Assembly (NCBI GenBank): GCA_016748015.1
Contig: JAAOMT010000479.1
Location: forward strand, 275,824 to 339,823
Reading direction: 5' to 3'
Length of the DNA: 64,000 bases
Source: Geosiphon pyriformis uo1
Taxonomy: Eukaryota; Fungi; Glomeromycota
Position numbers and translations under genes: made by a program. Below the pieces are notes generated by a model that saw only the letters and a program-made list of their open reading frames with translations, was not told the DNA's origin and searched no databases. This document shows, one piece after another, positions 51,808 to 64,000 of this stretch (within the stretch, counting starts at the first letter, position 1; each line of letters starts with the position of its first letter).

Positions 51808-54800
51808 TCATTACTGTTTAAAAACATCTGTATGATAAAAAGTATTCTAGTATATTGTGTCTTTATTATAAGAATGTGAAGGGTTTTGACTATTTGTTCA
51901 TGTGTGTATTTAACACTAGAATATATAAAAACCTGATTAGGTTTCATCTTTCTTAGTGAGATGTTTTGTTGGGTTTAAACTTGATCTCATCTCAGATTTT
52001 GCAGATGCTTTTTTTGTGTAATTTTGATGATATTGTTTATATTACTTTGTATAAGAGTTTTGTGTTCAAAGATTGGTTTTCAGAGGTCTTATCCATTTTT
52101 GATAGTGTTAAAATTGCCAATAAAAATGTTGTAAGTTTTGTTTAAGACTTGAAAACAGCTTACCATACTAATATATAAATGGTTCAGGCCAAGTATAAAG
52201 CAATCATAAAGAAAAAAAACTTGATCATAGATAATAGTTTAGTATTGTCTAAGATCCATACTCTGTCATCTTTGCTTTCTGTTGGGGTTGTTAGATTGCT
52301 TGGTATTGCTGAAGCACTTGGTGTTAGCTTTAGTTTTCATAGGCCTTGCTGTTTTTTTTCTGGTGTTAATAATGCAGTATCTGTTAAAATAAATTTGTAA
52401 TGTTGCTCTGATTAGTTCAAGTGACTGGTTATGTGTAGAAAGTGCATGATTTGTGCCTAGTTTTGATCACTTAGTTTGATGTATTATACTAGATAGCATT
52501 TGGACTTCACTCATTAAATATTAATAAAAAAAAAAACTTAGAGAACAAATTTATTAATAATTATTAACATACTTAATTTCAATTACTATATAAGCCATAG
52601 CCAAGTCTTTTGTTTTAATTAAAAAAAAATTAAAATATACATTCAAAACCAGTATTTCTAGTAGAAAAGTAAACAAACATCAAAACTTAACTTTAAAAAA
52701 TTCAAGTTTAACTTAGATAATAATACACAAACTATATAAGAAAGAATTCTATCTACAGTTAATAAAAAATTAAAGTTTTTTTTATCAATAATTTTTTCAT
52801 ATTATTAAATCTCAGAAAACAGAATTTTGCTCAATCAATTCACCAAATTATAAGCAAAACTTTAAGAATTTCTGGAAATCTGTATTCTTAAAACTTTAAC
52901 TAAAATCTTTAAATTAAATTCTTAAAAAAATATAGAGCTATATTTAAAAATCTTATTTTAGTATCTAGTAATTCAACCAGAAACACTTTTTTTAAACACA
53001 ATTTTTAGTATTGCTCTTAATCAAATTAAAAACTACCTTCTTAAAAACAACATTTATATTACAAACTATTATTACTATTAACAAAAAAAACAATTAATAT
53101 TAAATTTAACAAAGCAATCAAACATATTTTATTAATATTCTCTTTATTAACAATTAAACAAACTTTTATTACTTTAAGCATAGTTTACAAAAACATTATT
53201 AGACTGGAAAAATTTTTTGATAAAAAAGAAAATACATATATCTGGATTATAAAAGCCGAAAAAACAATTATGGCCAATAATTAAAATAAGATTAAAACAA
53301 TACAAGCTTTATTTTTTTTCTTAACTGGAATTGCAGACTCATGAAACTAACTAATTTTATTATCTTTAAACTTGTTTTCTTATAGTATTTCTGTAATTCA
53401 AATATGTTTATCAGACTGTAAAATCAATTCAGCATAATAAAACAAAAAGATTACAAAACTATAACTATTTATTTTGGAAGATTCAATTAAATTTTTTACC
53501 AAATTTAAACAATTAAAAAAGATTATTACATTTCAGATCAAATTTTTAACCAATTTATTAAGAAACTAAGAAACAGTATTTTTTAATCCATTAGATCCTA
53601 ATATTTTAACAACTTATAAAAGATTATAATACTTGTTTATAATTTCAAATCAGCAAAACAAGAAGTTAATTATACTTAAATTATCAACTTAGCCATAAAC
53701 TAAATCTCAGATATAAATGCAAAGCTTATTTAATTAAGTGAAAAATTGACTTAAAAAATTAAAAGATTCTTAACAGAAAATTCTAAAATTTATTAATTAT
53801 ATAATAAAGGGACCCAAACAACAAATCTTAACAACAATAAAACTGTTAACAACAGAACTGCCAACAATAACAGCAATCTTAAAAACAAGATCTTTGTAAT
53901 TGCTATTATTGTTAAAAGTCTAAACACATTACAAAAAATTGTTGCAAAAAAATTTCAAATTAAAATTATGGAAACCAATATTAATAATAATTCAAATATT
54001 TCAATTTATGAAATTTCAATACTTAGTATCTTCTTATCAACAACTTTTATACTTATTTCAACTATTACCAAATTATTACCAATTCTTACAAGCAATATTA
54101 CAGATATTATTTTAATATTAAGCTTTACTATATACTAATTCAAGACTATAAGTTATTAACTATAATTAAAGATAACAAAACAATAATAAGAATCAAATAC
54201 AATATTTTAGTGAACCAATCTAATCTATAAATTATAGCAACTTACTACTTTGAATAATTCTAACAGGATATTTAAATTAAATCTTATATTTTAGTTTTAC
54301 AAAAACTTTAAATTTTAATAATACTGCATTTTTAAAAAAAAAGCTGTAGTAGAAATTACCAATTCTTTTTTTCTTAATTGTAATTAAACTGCTAATATGA
54401 TTTTCTTTGTTATTATTACTGAAGACAATATACTAGTTATTATATTTTTATTTGATATTAACAGTTTAAACATTGCTAATCTTTTTAATAGAGTTGTTAT
54501 AAACTAGAACAAACCAATTACAACAATATATATTAATATCAAAATAGGATAAATGAATATTAAATTAATATTTAATAGTAAATCAATAAACAGTATAATT
54601 ATGAAACAGTTTATAAATCAACTAAATTACTAAATGGATTATGCAGTTATTGTTAAAATAATTATTATAGATGAAAATACCAAAACATTAATAGAAAAAA
54701 TTAACAATTTTCTATTTGAAATTCATAAAATCAAAATTTTAATTAAAGTACTTATTATGGAAACCATTTAGTATTAAGCTTTTATAAAAAATAATTAGTT

Positions 54801-55736
54801 AACTAAAGTCTATGTAATACTTAACTGGAACATTCAGAAACTTCAAATTACTTTTAATAAACAACAAGTTAGAATACTGACTATATGTAAATATTTCAGA
54901 ACAACAGTTTTAAAACAATTTTTAATAGAATTTAAAGAGTCTACTCCTTAGCCAATCTTGAAAACTTATCAAGTTTCTTGAACTAACAATTTTAGAACAA
55001 ATCTACTATCATCTTTTACATAAAAAAAAAGCAAAAGAAAAGCTAACAAAAAATTTTAGACATTAATACCAGTCTATTTAATTTCAAATTAACAAAATCA
55101 ATTATATTAATCTCTAAAATTAAGCTTTATTAATTGTAAAAAAAGTTATTTTCAATAGATATTTGTATTAAAAACAATAAAATATGGTCAATTGTTATCA
55201 AATACTATTGTTATCTTTATATACTAAAATAATTTGAATGATTAAAATAACAAAACAAATAGAACAATATATCATATTTTACATATGATAAAATTTTATC
55301 AGATAAAAAACTATAGAACAATGTTTTTGACAAAGGAAAAACATATAATAAATTCTATCAGTATATTATTTTAATTAATGATTGAATCCAAAAAAGAATT
55401 CTGTTTGCTGCAGTCTATAGTTGAGCAATAAACCAATTGGATTTATACCTTTATTATGAAAAAAAAATTTGGAAAATGTTTACAATAAAGTAGAAAAACA
55501 CCACAATTAAAGAAATACATATCATAAAAAATGTTTTAGTAATCATTAAAGAGATAAATAATCTATTTATTAATAATTCTAAAACATTTTAAGATTAATA
55601 TTAAGAATTTTTTTTATCTAAAAAGAACAAAAACAAAGACTAGCTGATTTTAATACAAAATTGTGCAATTATTGTTTAGTTTTTTATTATTTTTAGTATT
55701 GTGATAAGTATAATCTTTTGGTTAATTTACTCTCAT

Positions 55737-56706
55737 TGTTACTAATAATTTTTGGGTCTCTTTTCTTAAATACTGTTAATGTCTGTTTATTGTAAATTCA
55801 TGTTTTTTGAAAGTAATTAAATCTCTGATAACTGAATTTATCTTTAAATTATTTTCAATAATTTGAACTGCTGGGTTTATAAATAGAATGGCCAATTCTG
55901 TGCCAGTTATTTTGTATAGTTATATTGTAGTAAATATTAATTTTTTCTCAGAAATTGCTTATTTAAAAGCTTACTAAAATGTATAATTACTTTGTTGTAA
56001 AAGTTAACTTTTCTATAAGAATTTTATTTGTAGACTACTTTAATAATTATAATAAGAAAAAAAGAGAAAAAATAAAAGAAATGTAAAGAAAATAGAATTT
56101 TGTTTAAGAGAATTATTTTCTGGTTCAGGCTTGAAGTTATTAACAGTTTACTAAAATTGATAATTAATTAATTTCGAAATATTAATTGGGTTTTAAAAAT
56201 TTTTGAATGCAATTATTTTAAGAATTAAGTTTTTAAAATATATTTTTATTTTGAATTTATATTGTAAAATAATTCTAAAGAAAATAAAATATCTATAATA
56301 TGATATATTTTCTTAAAAAGAAAAGTTTTTTTTTATATAATTTGTTATAATACTAGTCTATAAACTTGAACTTTTTTTTGCTATAATTTTAATGAACTAA
56401 AGATATATTTTAACAAACTACAAGTTATTTTATCAAACTATTAACTATTTTAGTAAACTATCTATTATTTTAACAAATTTCTATAAAATTTTAGTAAATT
56501 TTGAATATTACATAGTTTAAAGTATTGTGTAATTTGATTATCTTATTTTTTATTGTATAAATTAGATTATTAATTAAATAGTAATATTTAATAATTTAAT
56601 TAAGTAATAAGTGATAATTGAAATAATATTAATATATGCTAATTAATAATAGAAATTATAAGAGTAATTTCATGCTAATTTAATGGCTAAAATTTTATTA
56701 GTAATA
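55737..56706 (-). repeat. Solo LTR, family A
   Basis: Reverse complement of 58026-58991; TSD TCAT. Confidence 0.88.
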
Positions 56707-56776
56707 TCATAAATATTATATACTATTTCTAAACTCAAAAAATCCAATAAAAGTATACATTAAAAACCAAAAACAT

Positions 56777-57652
56777 TGTTACAGATAATTATTTGGGATG
56801 TTGGAACAAATAACAAACTTATAACTTAGTGCTTAATAACTAGTAATATTGGTAATTTCTAAAGATTTTGAAATCTGAAGGGTTTGGTTGAATCTTTTGT
56901 ATAATAAACAAAGATTTAATTGATGGTTTCTTCCATAATTTTTTTTTAGTGTAATAACCAGTTTATTTTGACAGTCATGTTTTTCTGGTAAGCTATTCTT
57001 AAATTTCTATTCTTATTTTCAGGTTTTTTACCAAACTATTCTTAATGTCAAATACTCAATGCTTAATTACTTTAATCAATAAGCAAACAACAAAAAAAAT
57101 AAAAAATAAAAAATAAAAAAAAATAAAGAAATTAGTATTCTGTTAATAGCCATAATCAAGAACTATTGGTCCAGTATAGTTAAATATTAAATTTTATCAA
57201 CATAAAGTATTGATAATATGGAATTGATTAATATTCTTTAATTTAGTAATAGTAATATAGATTCAGATAATAATTAATATTTTATTAATATGTGGTTTAA
57301 TTCCATTTCAAGTTATAGAAAACTATCTTTTGAAGAAAGAAGTATTGGATAATTAATAAATTTAACTAATTGCTCTGAATCAATTCTGTTTTTTTTGCTT
57401 CTAATACTCTTGCTATATATATATAATTCTTATTATATAAGATTTCATATTTTCTTGAACAATATGCTATGATTTTTCGACAATATGCTTATTGCTAAGC
57501 AGTATGCTATAATTCACTAATAATATGTCCATTGCTGAGCAATATGTTATAATTTTTTAATATTGTACTTATTTGCTAAGTTTTATTTTTCTATTAGTTT
57601 ATTTTTTTATCTGTTTTTTTTGTATTTTTTTTGTATTTTTTTATGAATAACA
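56777..57652 (-). repeat. Solo LTR, C-related (variant D)
   Basis: TGTTACA...AATAACA, TSD ACAT. C-type R/U5 but a different U3 array (CAATATGCT). Confidence 0.85.
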
Positions 57653-60600
57653 ACATAATGTTTTTAAAATCAAATATGTTTATTAAAATAAAATAGTATT
57701 TTGTATATTTTGATCTCTCCAAAAAATTAAAACTGAGGTGATACAACAATAATAATAATAAAATATGCTTTGAAAAAGCACATGCAAATAATGTTAAATT
57801 TAATTTAAAATATCTTAGACAATTTTTTATAATTATTGTACTTTATTTTCTTATAAAAATAGATCTTAAATTAGCTTTAAAAATTTTTATTAGCACTATA
57901 ATTTAAATTGCATTTTAGTCTAGTTTTGCAAACAAAAAAATCAATATTAAAAAAAATAATCAATATCAAATATACTGAAAATATAATTATAATATTTTAA
58001 AACAATTCTAATAAGTCTTAAATAATATTACCAATAAAATTTTAACTATTAATTAGCATAAAATTATTCTTATAATTCTTATTATTAATTAGCATATATT
58101 AATATTATTTTAAATTATTATTTATTATTTAATTAAATTATTAAATATTATTATTTAATTAATAACCTAATTTATACAATAAAAATTAAAATAATCAAAT
58201 TACACAATACTTCAAACTATGTAACATTCAAGAATTCATTAAAATTTGTAGAAATTTACCAAAATAATAAATAATTTATTGAAATAATTAATAATTTATT
58301 AAAATAACTTGTAGTTTATTAAAATATATCTTTAATTCATTGAAATTATAGCAAAAAAGAAAGTTCAAGTTTATAAACTAGTACTATAACAAGTTGTATA
58401 AAAAGAAAAGCTTCTTTTTTTAAGAAAATATATCTTATCTTACTCAAAATCATCTTAATTCTAATTAATTAGCTTTATAAAAAGTAATAAAAATATTAAA
58501 TACTCAAAAACCAATTTTTTTTACTATTTATACTTAAAAACCCAATTAGCATTTTGAAATTAATTAGCTATCAATTTTAGTAATCTATTAGTGACTCCAA
58601 GCCTAAACAAAAAATGATTCTATTAACAAAATTTTATTTTTTTTACAATCTTTTTATTTTCTTTTATTCTTTTTATTATAATCATTAAGATAGTCTATAG
58701 ACAAGATTCCTATAGAAAAGTTGACTTTTACAGCAAAGTAACTACACATTTTTAGTAAGCTTTCAGATGAAAAATTCTTAGAAAAGAGTTAACTTTTACT
58801 ACAAAGTAACTATATTAAATAACTAATATAAAATTGGTTATTCTACTTATAAGTTCAATAGTTTAAATTATAGGAGATAATTTGAAAATAAACTTAGTTA
58901 TCAGAAGTTTAATAACTTTCAATAAACATAAATTTACAACAAACAAACATTAATAATATTTAAGAAAAAAGACCAAAAATTTCTAGTAATATTTGGTGCT
59001 TTTTCATAGAAATAACACAATAATAACAATTTTAAAGTAATAATTACATTAAATATAACAATTTTAAAGTATTATTAGTTAATTTATACTTATTGCAAAC
59101 AACAATTTAGAATTTGAGACAGAATTACAGCATTTAAGAAAACACTTTTCCAATACATTGAAAATTGAATCAACAAATACTTTTTTGGAGACTATAATAT
59201 TACAAAAGTCAAGCAAAATCTTTTTGAAAATATTATCTATTACTTAAATAAAGACCCAAAAAAATTAATGCTAATAGTTGTGCTACTTATTTTAAAGAAC
59301 TTAATTATAATATTATTATATTCTTTGAAAAAAAGTATCCTGCCAACTTACAATTTATTCTTAAACTTAAGTCTGAACCCAAAACAAGCAGCAAAAACAA
59401 ACAAAAAAATACATAACCAATTTATACAATATCTAATACACCAAAAACAACTTTTTAATACTTGCAAACACCAAAACAAAAAACTAGTTTTAAATTACCA
59501 CTTTTAATCACACTTTTTCTAGCTTTATTTGTTCAAGCCCAAACATCAAATTCACTATTTAACTATTTTTTAAGATCAAATGATTTCATATTACCAAAAA
59601 AAGCCCAACACAATAGCCTAAACAAATTTTTACTAGTACTAATTTTTTTGATTTTTTAGCAGAAAACCAAAGCAATCACTCTGATAACAACAAAAACATT
59701 TCTGAATTCACAAAAAAAAAAACTACTAAAAACAAGAATACAAAAGACATAGCAACTATTTATATTGCAAAAATTATTAAATTTACAAAAAAAAATACTG
59801 ACACCAACTCACAAAAGTGGCTTAACAAAATCCAAAAAACAGAAGATATAAATAAATGGAATGCAGCCAAAATGTTAAAAGCAATCCTATACTTTCTTCA
59901 AGGAATAGCAGAAAAATAGTTTAAAAACCTAACCAAATTTTTTAAAAACTAACAAGCATTCAAAAATGTTTTTTTAAAACAATTTACTGATAACACTTCT
60001 ATCACTTTTCGAAATTGGTTTTTTAATATCAAACAAAAATCATCTGAAACTATTATAACCTATTTTGGAAGATTTAACAAACTTTTCTGACAAATTTAAC
60101 AATTGAAAACCAATAGTTACTACTCCAATGCCCAGATTTTGAATCAGTTTATTGCAGGATTAAAAAACAAACTCATTAAAAAAGTTCAACCATATGCTTT
60201 AGAAAATTTAGTTACTGCTATTTAATATACTAAGATTTATAAAATAGCAATGGAAAAAGCTAACTATACCAAACTGGTAAATCTTGCAATTGGAAAAACC
60301 AGCTTAGCAGTTGAAAAGAAGATTGATTAATTGATAAAAAAAGTTGAAAATTATTTTATCAATCAACAACCACAGCAACAATAAAAATATTAATTACTCC
60401 AATAATACAATCAAAATAACTACACATTATCAACAAACAACCAATCTTAAAGCTGTTATTATTGTAGAATTTTCGAATACTGAAAACAAAACTGCCAAAA
60501 AATACAATAAAACCAATAACAAAGAAATAATTAATGTTATTTTCAATCTCAATAATTTTATTACCAATTTTTACCACTAGTTTATTATTTATCAAGACCC

Positions 60601-60813
60601 CAATACAAGAATAATTACTGCTAATCTGTTTTACAACTTATTCAACAATAGTATCAACAATTATCTATTTAACAATATTAATTATTTGTTTAAAGATTGT
60701 TTTAACAAAATCAATTTGTACCACAAAATTAGTTCTCTAACAATAATTGATTCAATCATAACAACCAATTAGTTCTCCAAAATCTGGCTTAGCAAAAACT
60801 CATATATTATCAC

Positions 60814-61712
60814 TATTATTTATAGAAATCTAAAAATTCTTAATAAAAATAAAGTAGTCAATTAAAGATAGACATAGTAAGAAAGAAATTTCAAGATTTC
60901 TCTCAAAAAATTGTAGAATTCCAGAAATTTCAAAATTTTTCTTAAGAAATTACAAGATTTCAGAAATTCCAAGATTCTTGGCTAAAAAAATTAAAAGAAT
61001 TCAAGAAATCTTATATAACAGTAATTATATATATATAACAAAAGTATTAGAAGCAAAAAAGACAGAATCCAGTTCAAAATTAATATTCACAATCAATTAA
61101 TTATTCAATACTTCTCTCTTTAAAAGTAGTTTTCTATGACTTAAAATAGAACCAAATCACATATCAATAAAATATTAATTATTACCCAAATCTGTGTTAT
61201 TATTGCTTGATTAAAACCAATTAAAATTATTTTCACTTTATCAATACTCTATGTTAATAGAATTTAATACTTAATTATACTAAACCAATAGCTTTTAATC
61301 ATAACTATTGACAAAATATTAACTTTATTGTCTTTTTTTAATTTTTTTAATTTTTTTTTAATTTTCTTTTAGTTCATTTTTTGTTGTTTATTAATTAATT
61401 AAAAAATTAATACATGAAGTTATTGACATTAAAAAAGACTGATAAAAGATCCAGAAACAAGGATAAAAATCCAAAAATTAAGGATAGCTTATTAGAAAAA
61501 ACTGGCCATCAAACTGAGAAAAAAATTTATGAACTAAGCTTTTAAGAGAGTACTAAAAAAATCATTAAATCTTTGTTCATTATACAAAAGACTCAACAAA
61601 AAAAATCTTCAGATTATAAAAATCTTTAAATATTACTAACAATCATCAGCTATTGAACACCAAGTTACAGATTTGTTATTTGTATCAACATTCCAAATAA
61701 TCATCTGTAATA
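60814..61712 (+). repeat. Solo LTR, family C
   Basis: C-type array and U5 end. Flanks TCAC/CCAT are compatible with a decayed 4-bp TSD. No PBS follows. Confidence 0.78.
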
Positions 61713-62186
61713 CCATACTCAATTCAGTTATTTTATAATACCAGAAGAATTAGATTTTCAACAAACTGCACTTTTTGAAAGTAAAGCTACAGCACTAAGA
61801 CAAAACTCTTTCTGTAAAACAATTCTACCAGCCAAAATTGCCCAAAATACCAATTTTTTAGATATATTCTTATTTGAATTTGAAATCAATAAATTATCAT
61901 CTCTACTTAGTAATATAGCAGTTAATAAACAAAAAACAATCACAGCAATATATACTAAAACTGAAGTTAAAAGGAAACCAATTTAATTAATCATAAACAA
62001 TAGATTTGTGAGTAGTATTATCACTTACCAATTAATACAACAGCTTTAATAAACTGTTGACAGATCTGTCTAGACAGTTATTGTTACTACAAATAATATA
62101 AAAAAGACCCCAGTAGAAAAAATTGATAACTTTCTCTTTACTATTAATGAAATTACTATTCTAATTAAAGTTCTTGTTATGGATGC

Positions 62187-64000
62187 TGTTACTTATAAAA
62201 TATAGGAAGTATATTAGCACATAAATTAACCAATTAGAAGTAGCCATAGTAAATATGGAATTCCAAAATTTCTCTTAAGAAGAATTGCAAGATTTCAGAA
62301 ATTTTAAGATTCTTATACAAAGAATTGCAGGATTCCAGAATTCCAGGATTTCTCTCAAAAGAAATTGCAGAATTCCAGGAATTCCAAAATACCTGGTGTG
62401 AAGAATTGAAGAATTGAGGAATCTCAAATATGTATATATAGCGATAGTATTAGAAATAGAAAAAACAAACCTCCCAGTTTAAATTTGATCTAAACAATCT
62501 TCTACATTACAAATAAATAATTATTTACTATTTTAATCTACTCTTCACTATCAACACTTTATGTTGATAGTAATTAATACTTAACTACACTAGAACAATA
62601 GCTCTTGATCATGACTATTGACAGAATACTAACTTGTAATTGCTGTTACTTATTTCTTTATCTTCTTTATTTTTTTTTATTTCTTTTATTATTTCTTTGA
62701 TTTTACTAAATTGATTAAAGATTAAACACTAAGATACAGACATTATAGGGACTGGTAAAAGACCCATGAAACAAGGGTAAAACACTCATAAATTTGAGGA
62801 TAGCTTATCAGGAGAATTACCAGCCACCATGCTGAGAAAAAAATTTGATGGAATTGTAATTCTGGGAGACTACTAAAACAACTATTGAATCTCTGTCTAT
62901 TATACAAAAGACTTTATAATCAAATCTTTAGATCAACAAAACTTTTAGATACCAATGCCAGAATATTAATTAAGCACCAAGTTACAGGTTTGTTATTTGA
63001 TTTGAGACCCCAAATAATTACCTGTAACATTTGATGCTCTCTGTGAAGTATAATCTTACAGAAAACTAGCACTATTAACAATCATCTAAAAGTGGCAAAA
63101 TCAGAAATCATAGGAGCAAACCATTTAGGATTTACCAAATTCTTGTTTCAACAGTATAGCCAACAATTAGGATTAAACAATAACTACTTTCCAGCAGAAT
63201 CAGCCTTCAATTTTTATGTCAACAATAAAATCACAGACTGCTTAGGAAAAATGGTTAACATTGAATCTACAAGGGAAAATTTCTATACAGAATTATTTTA
63301 ACATATCAGCTTACCAAGAAACTACAGTTTTACACCAATCATCAAGGAAATCAATCAAACTATTGAAAGGTATACACAACAACAATTTCCCATTACCTAT
63401 GCAGACAAAGGCAAAGGAAGATTGCAAACACCAGCAGTAACACCAAAACAAATACAACCACTTACTTGGAAGAAAACCAGAGTTGAATCACCAACCAATC
63501 TATCATACCATTATATACCAGAAAGTGCCATTAATATCTTATCAGCAGACGCATCTACATTAAATATGACATCAACTTTTAGACAATTTCCATTTCAAAG
63601 TAAACAAAAAAGTGCAGAGTTACTAAGACCATATGGAGAATATTTTAAAGGATTTAAATTGTGATTACCAATGCCGATTACTGCCACTTCAACCAAATTT
63701 TGGAACCACAAGTCCATGGGAAGTAATAGAATCAGAAGAAGAAAAAAGTGAGAATCAGAAATTTACTTACCAAAACCCAATTCTAGAAAATCCAGAAGTC
63801 AAAACTCCAAACATTCAAACCCAGCAAACTCAACACAATCCAAACCCCAAAACAATTAATCAGCAAAACTTACCTCCAGTAATCGTTATTTATCAACCAC
63901 CAATTGAACCAATTATTGAACTAATTCAACAGCAGTCACTTCAACTACCTCAACAACCACAACAGCTGCTTTAATAGCTGTAACAACAACTTCAACAACC
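62187..64000 (+). mobile_element. Gypsy C3: 5' LTR (62187-63029), PBS (63032-63048) and gag N-terminus, running off the window
   Basis: TGTTACT...TGTAACA. ORFs 63092 and 63422 are homologous to C2 46161-46964. Confidence 0.88.

Larger units (their letters stand above)
23968..52529 (+). mobile_element. 5'-truncated LINE 3' end, split by Gypsy C1
   Basis: YFIKALHYHLFI | ITV*KHLYDKKYSSILC joins across C1. Stop at 52400, then 3'UTR and poly(A). Probable TSD AAAAAAACT (23959-23967 and 52530-52538). Confidence 0.8.
52539..58025 (+). mobile_element. Decayed internal region of old Gypsy E (gag-PR-Cys region-dUTPase)
   Basis: WIIKAEKTIMANN (gag, ~53240), IKLIFNSKS (PR, ~54560), dUTPase relic KAHANNVKFNLKY...SSFANKKINIK (57770-57960). 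The link to the 22761 LTR is inferred from the LINE TSD. Confidence 0.7.
58026..64000 (+). mobile_element. Family A Gypsy element, 5' part (LTR 58026-58991, PBS, gag, PR), with two nested C insertions
   Basis: LTR followed by TTTGGTGCT. Gag KWLNKIQK...NKWNAAKMLKAI (~59820). PR-region relics at 61900-62186. Confidence 0.78.

Noticed and set aside
1-64000. Bacterial endosymbiont or organellar origin suggested by low GC
   Set aside because: The content is nested eukaryotic LTR/LINE/hAT elements with no operons, rRNA or tRNA genes.

Overview
Eukaryotic, very AT-rich, almost gene-free transposon cluster. The element families and their proteins resemble those of Glomeromycotina fungi; Geosiphon pyriformis is my guess from recalled similarity and is not verified. 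Only the first ~0.7 kb looks like host-type sequence: a frameshifted C-terminal fragment of a PD-(D/E)XK-nuclease-like gene. The rest is a nest of elements. (1) Ty3/Gypsy LTR retrotransposons: four have both LTRs and 4-bp TSDs (B1 14363-22029, B2 28674-36335, C1 24267-51807, C2 37884-47821 minus), plus partial copies and solo LTRs. (2) RNase H-bearing LINEs of several ages. (3) An ORF1-only non-autonomous LINE partner (10953-13254). (4) A hAT remnant. All repeats show strong C:G->T:A erosion in every dinucleotide context. The most unusual system is the Gypsy layout shared by families B and C: gag-PR-(Cys-rich fingers, plus dUTPase in C)-RT-RH, stop, then integrase as a separate AUG-initiated ORF, then a soluble non-env ORF3. 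Each family also carries its own tandem-motif array just upstream of the LTR TATA box. All coordinates, translations and counts were made by eye and may be off by a few bases. Family labels A-E are my own.
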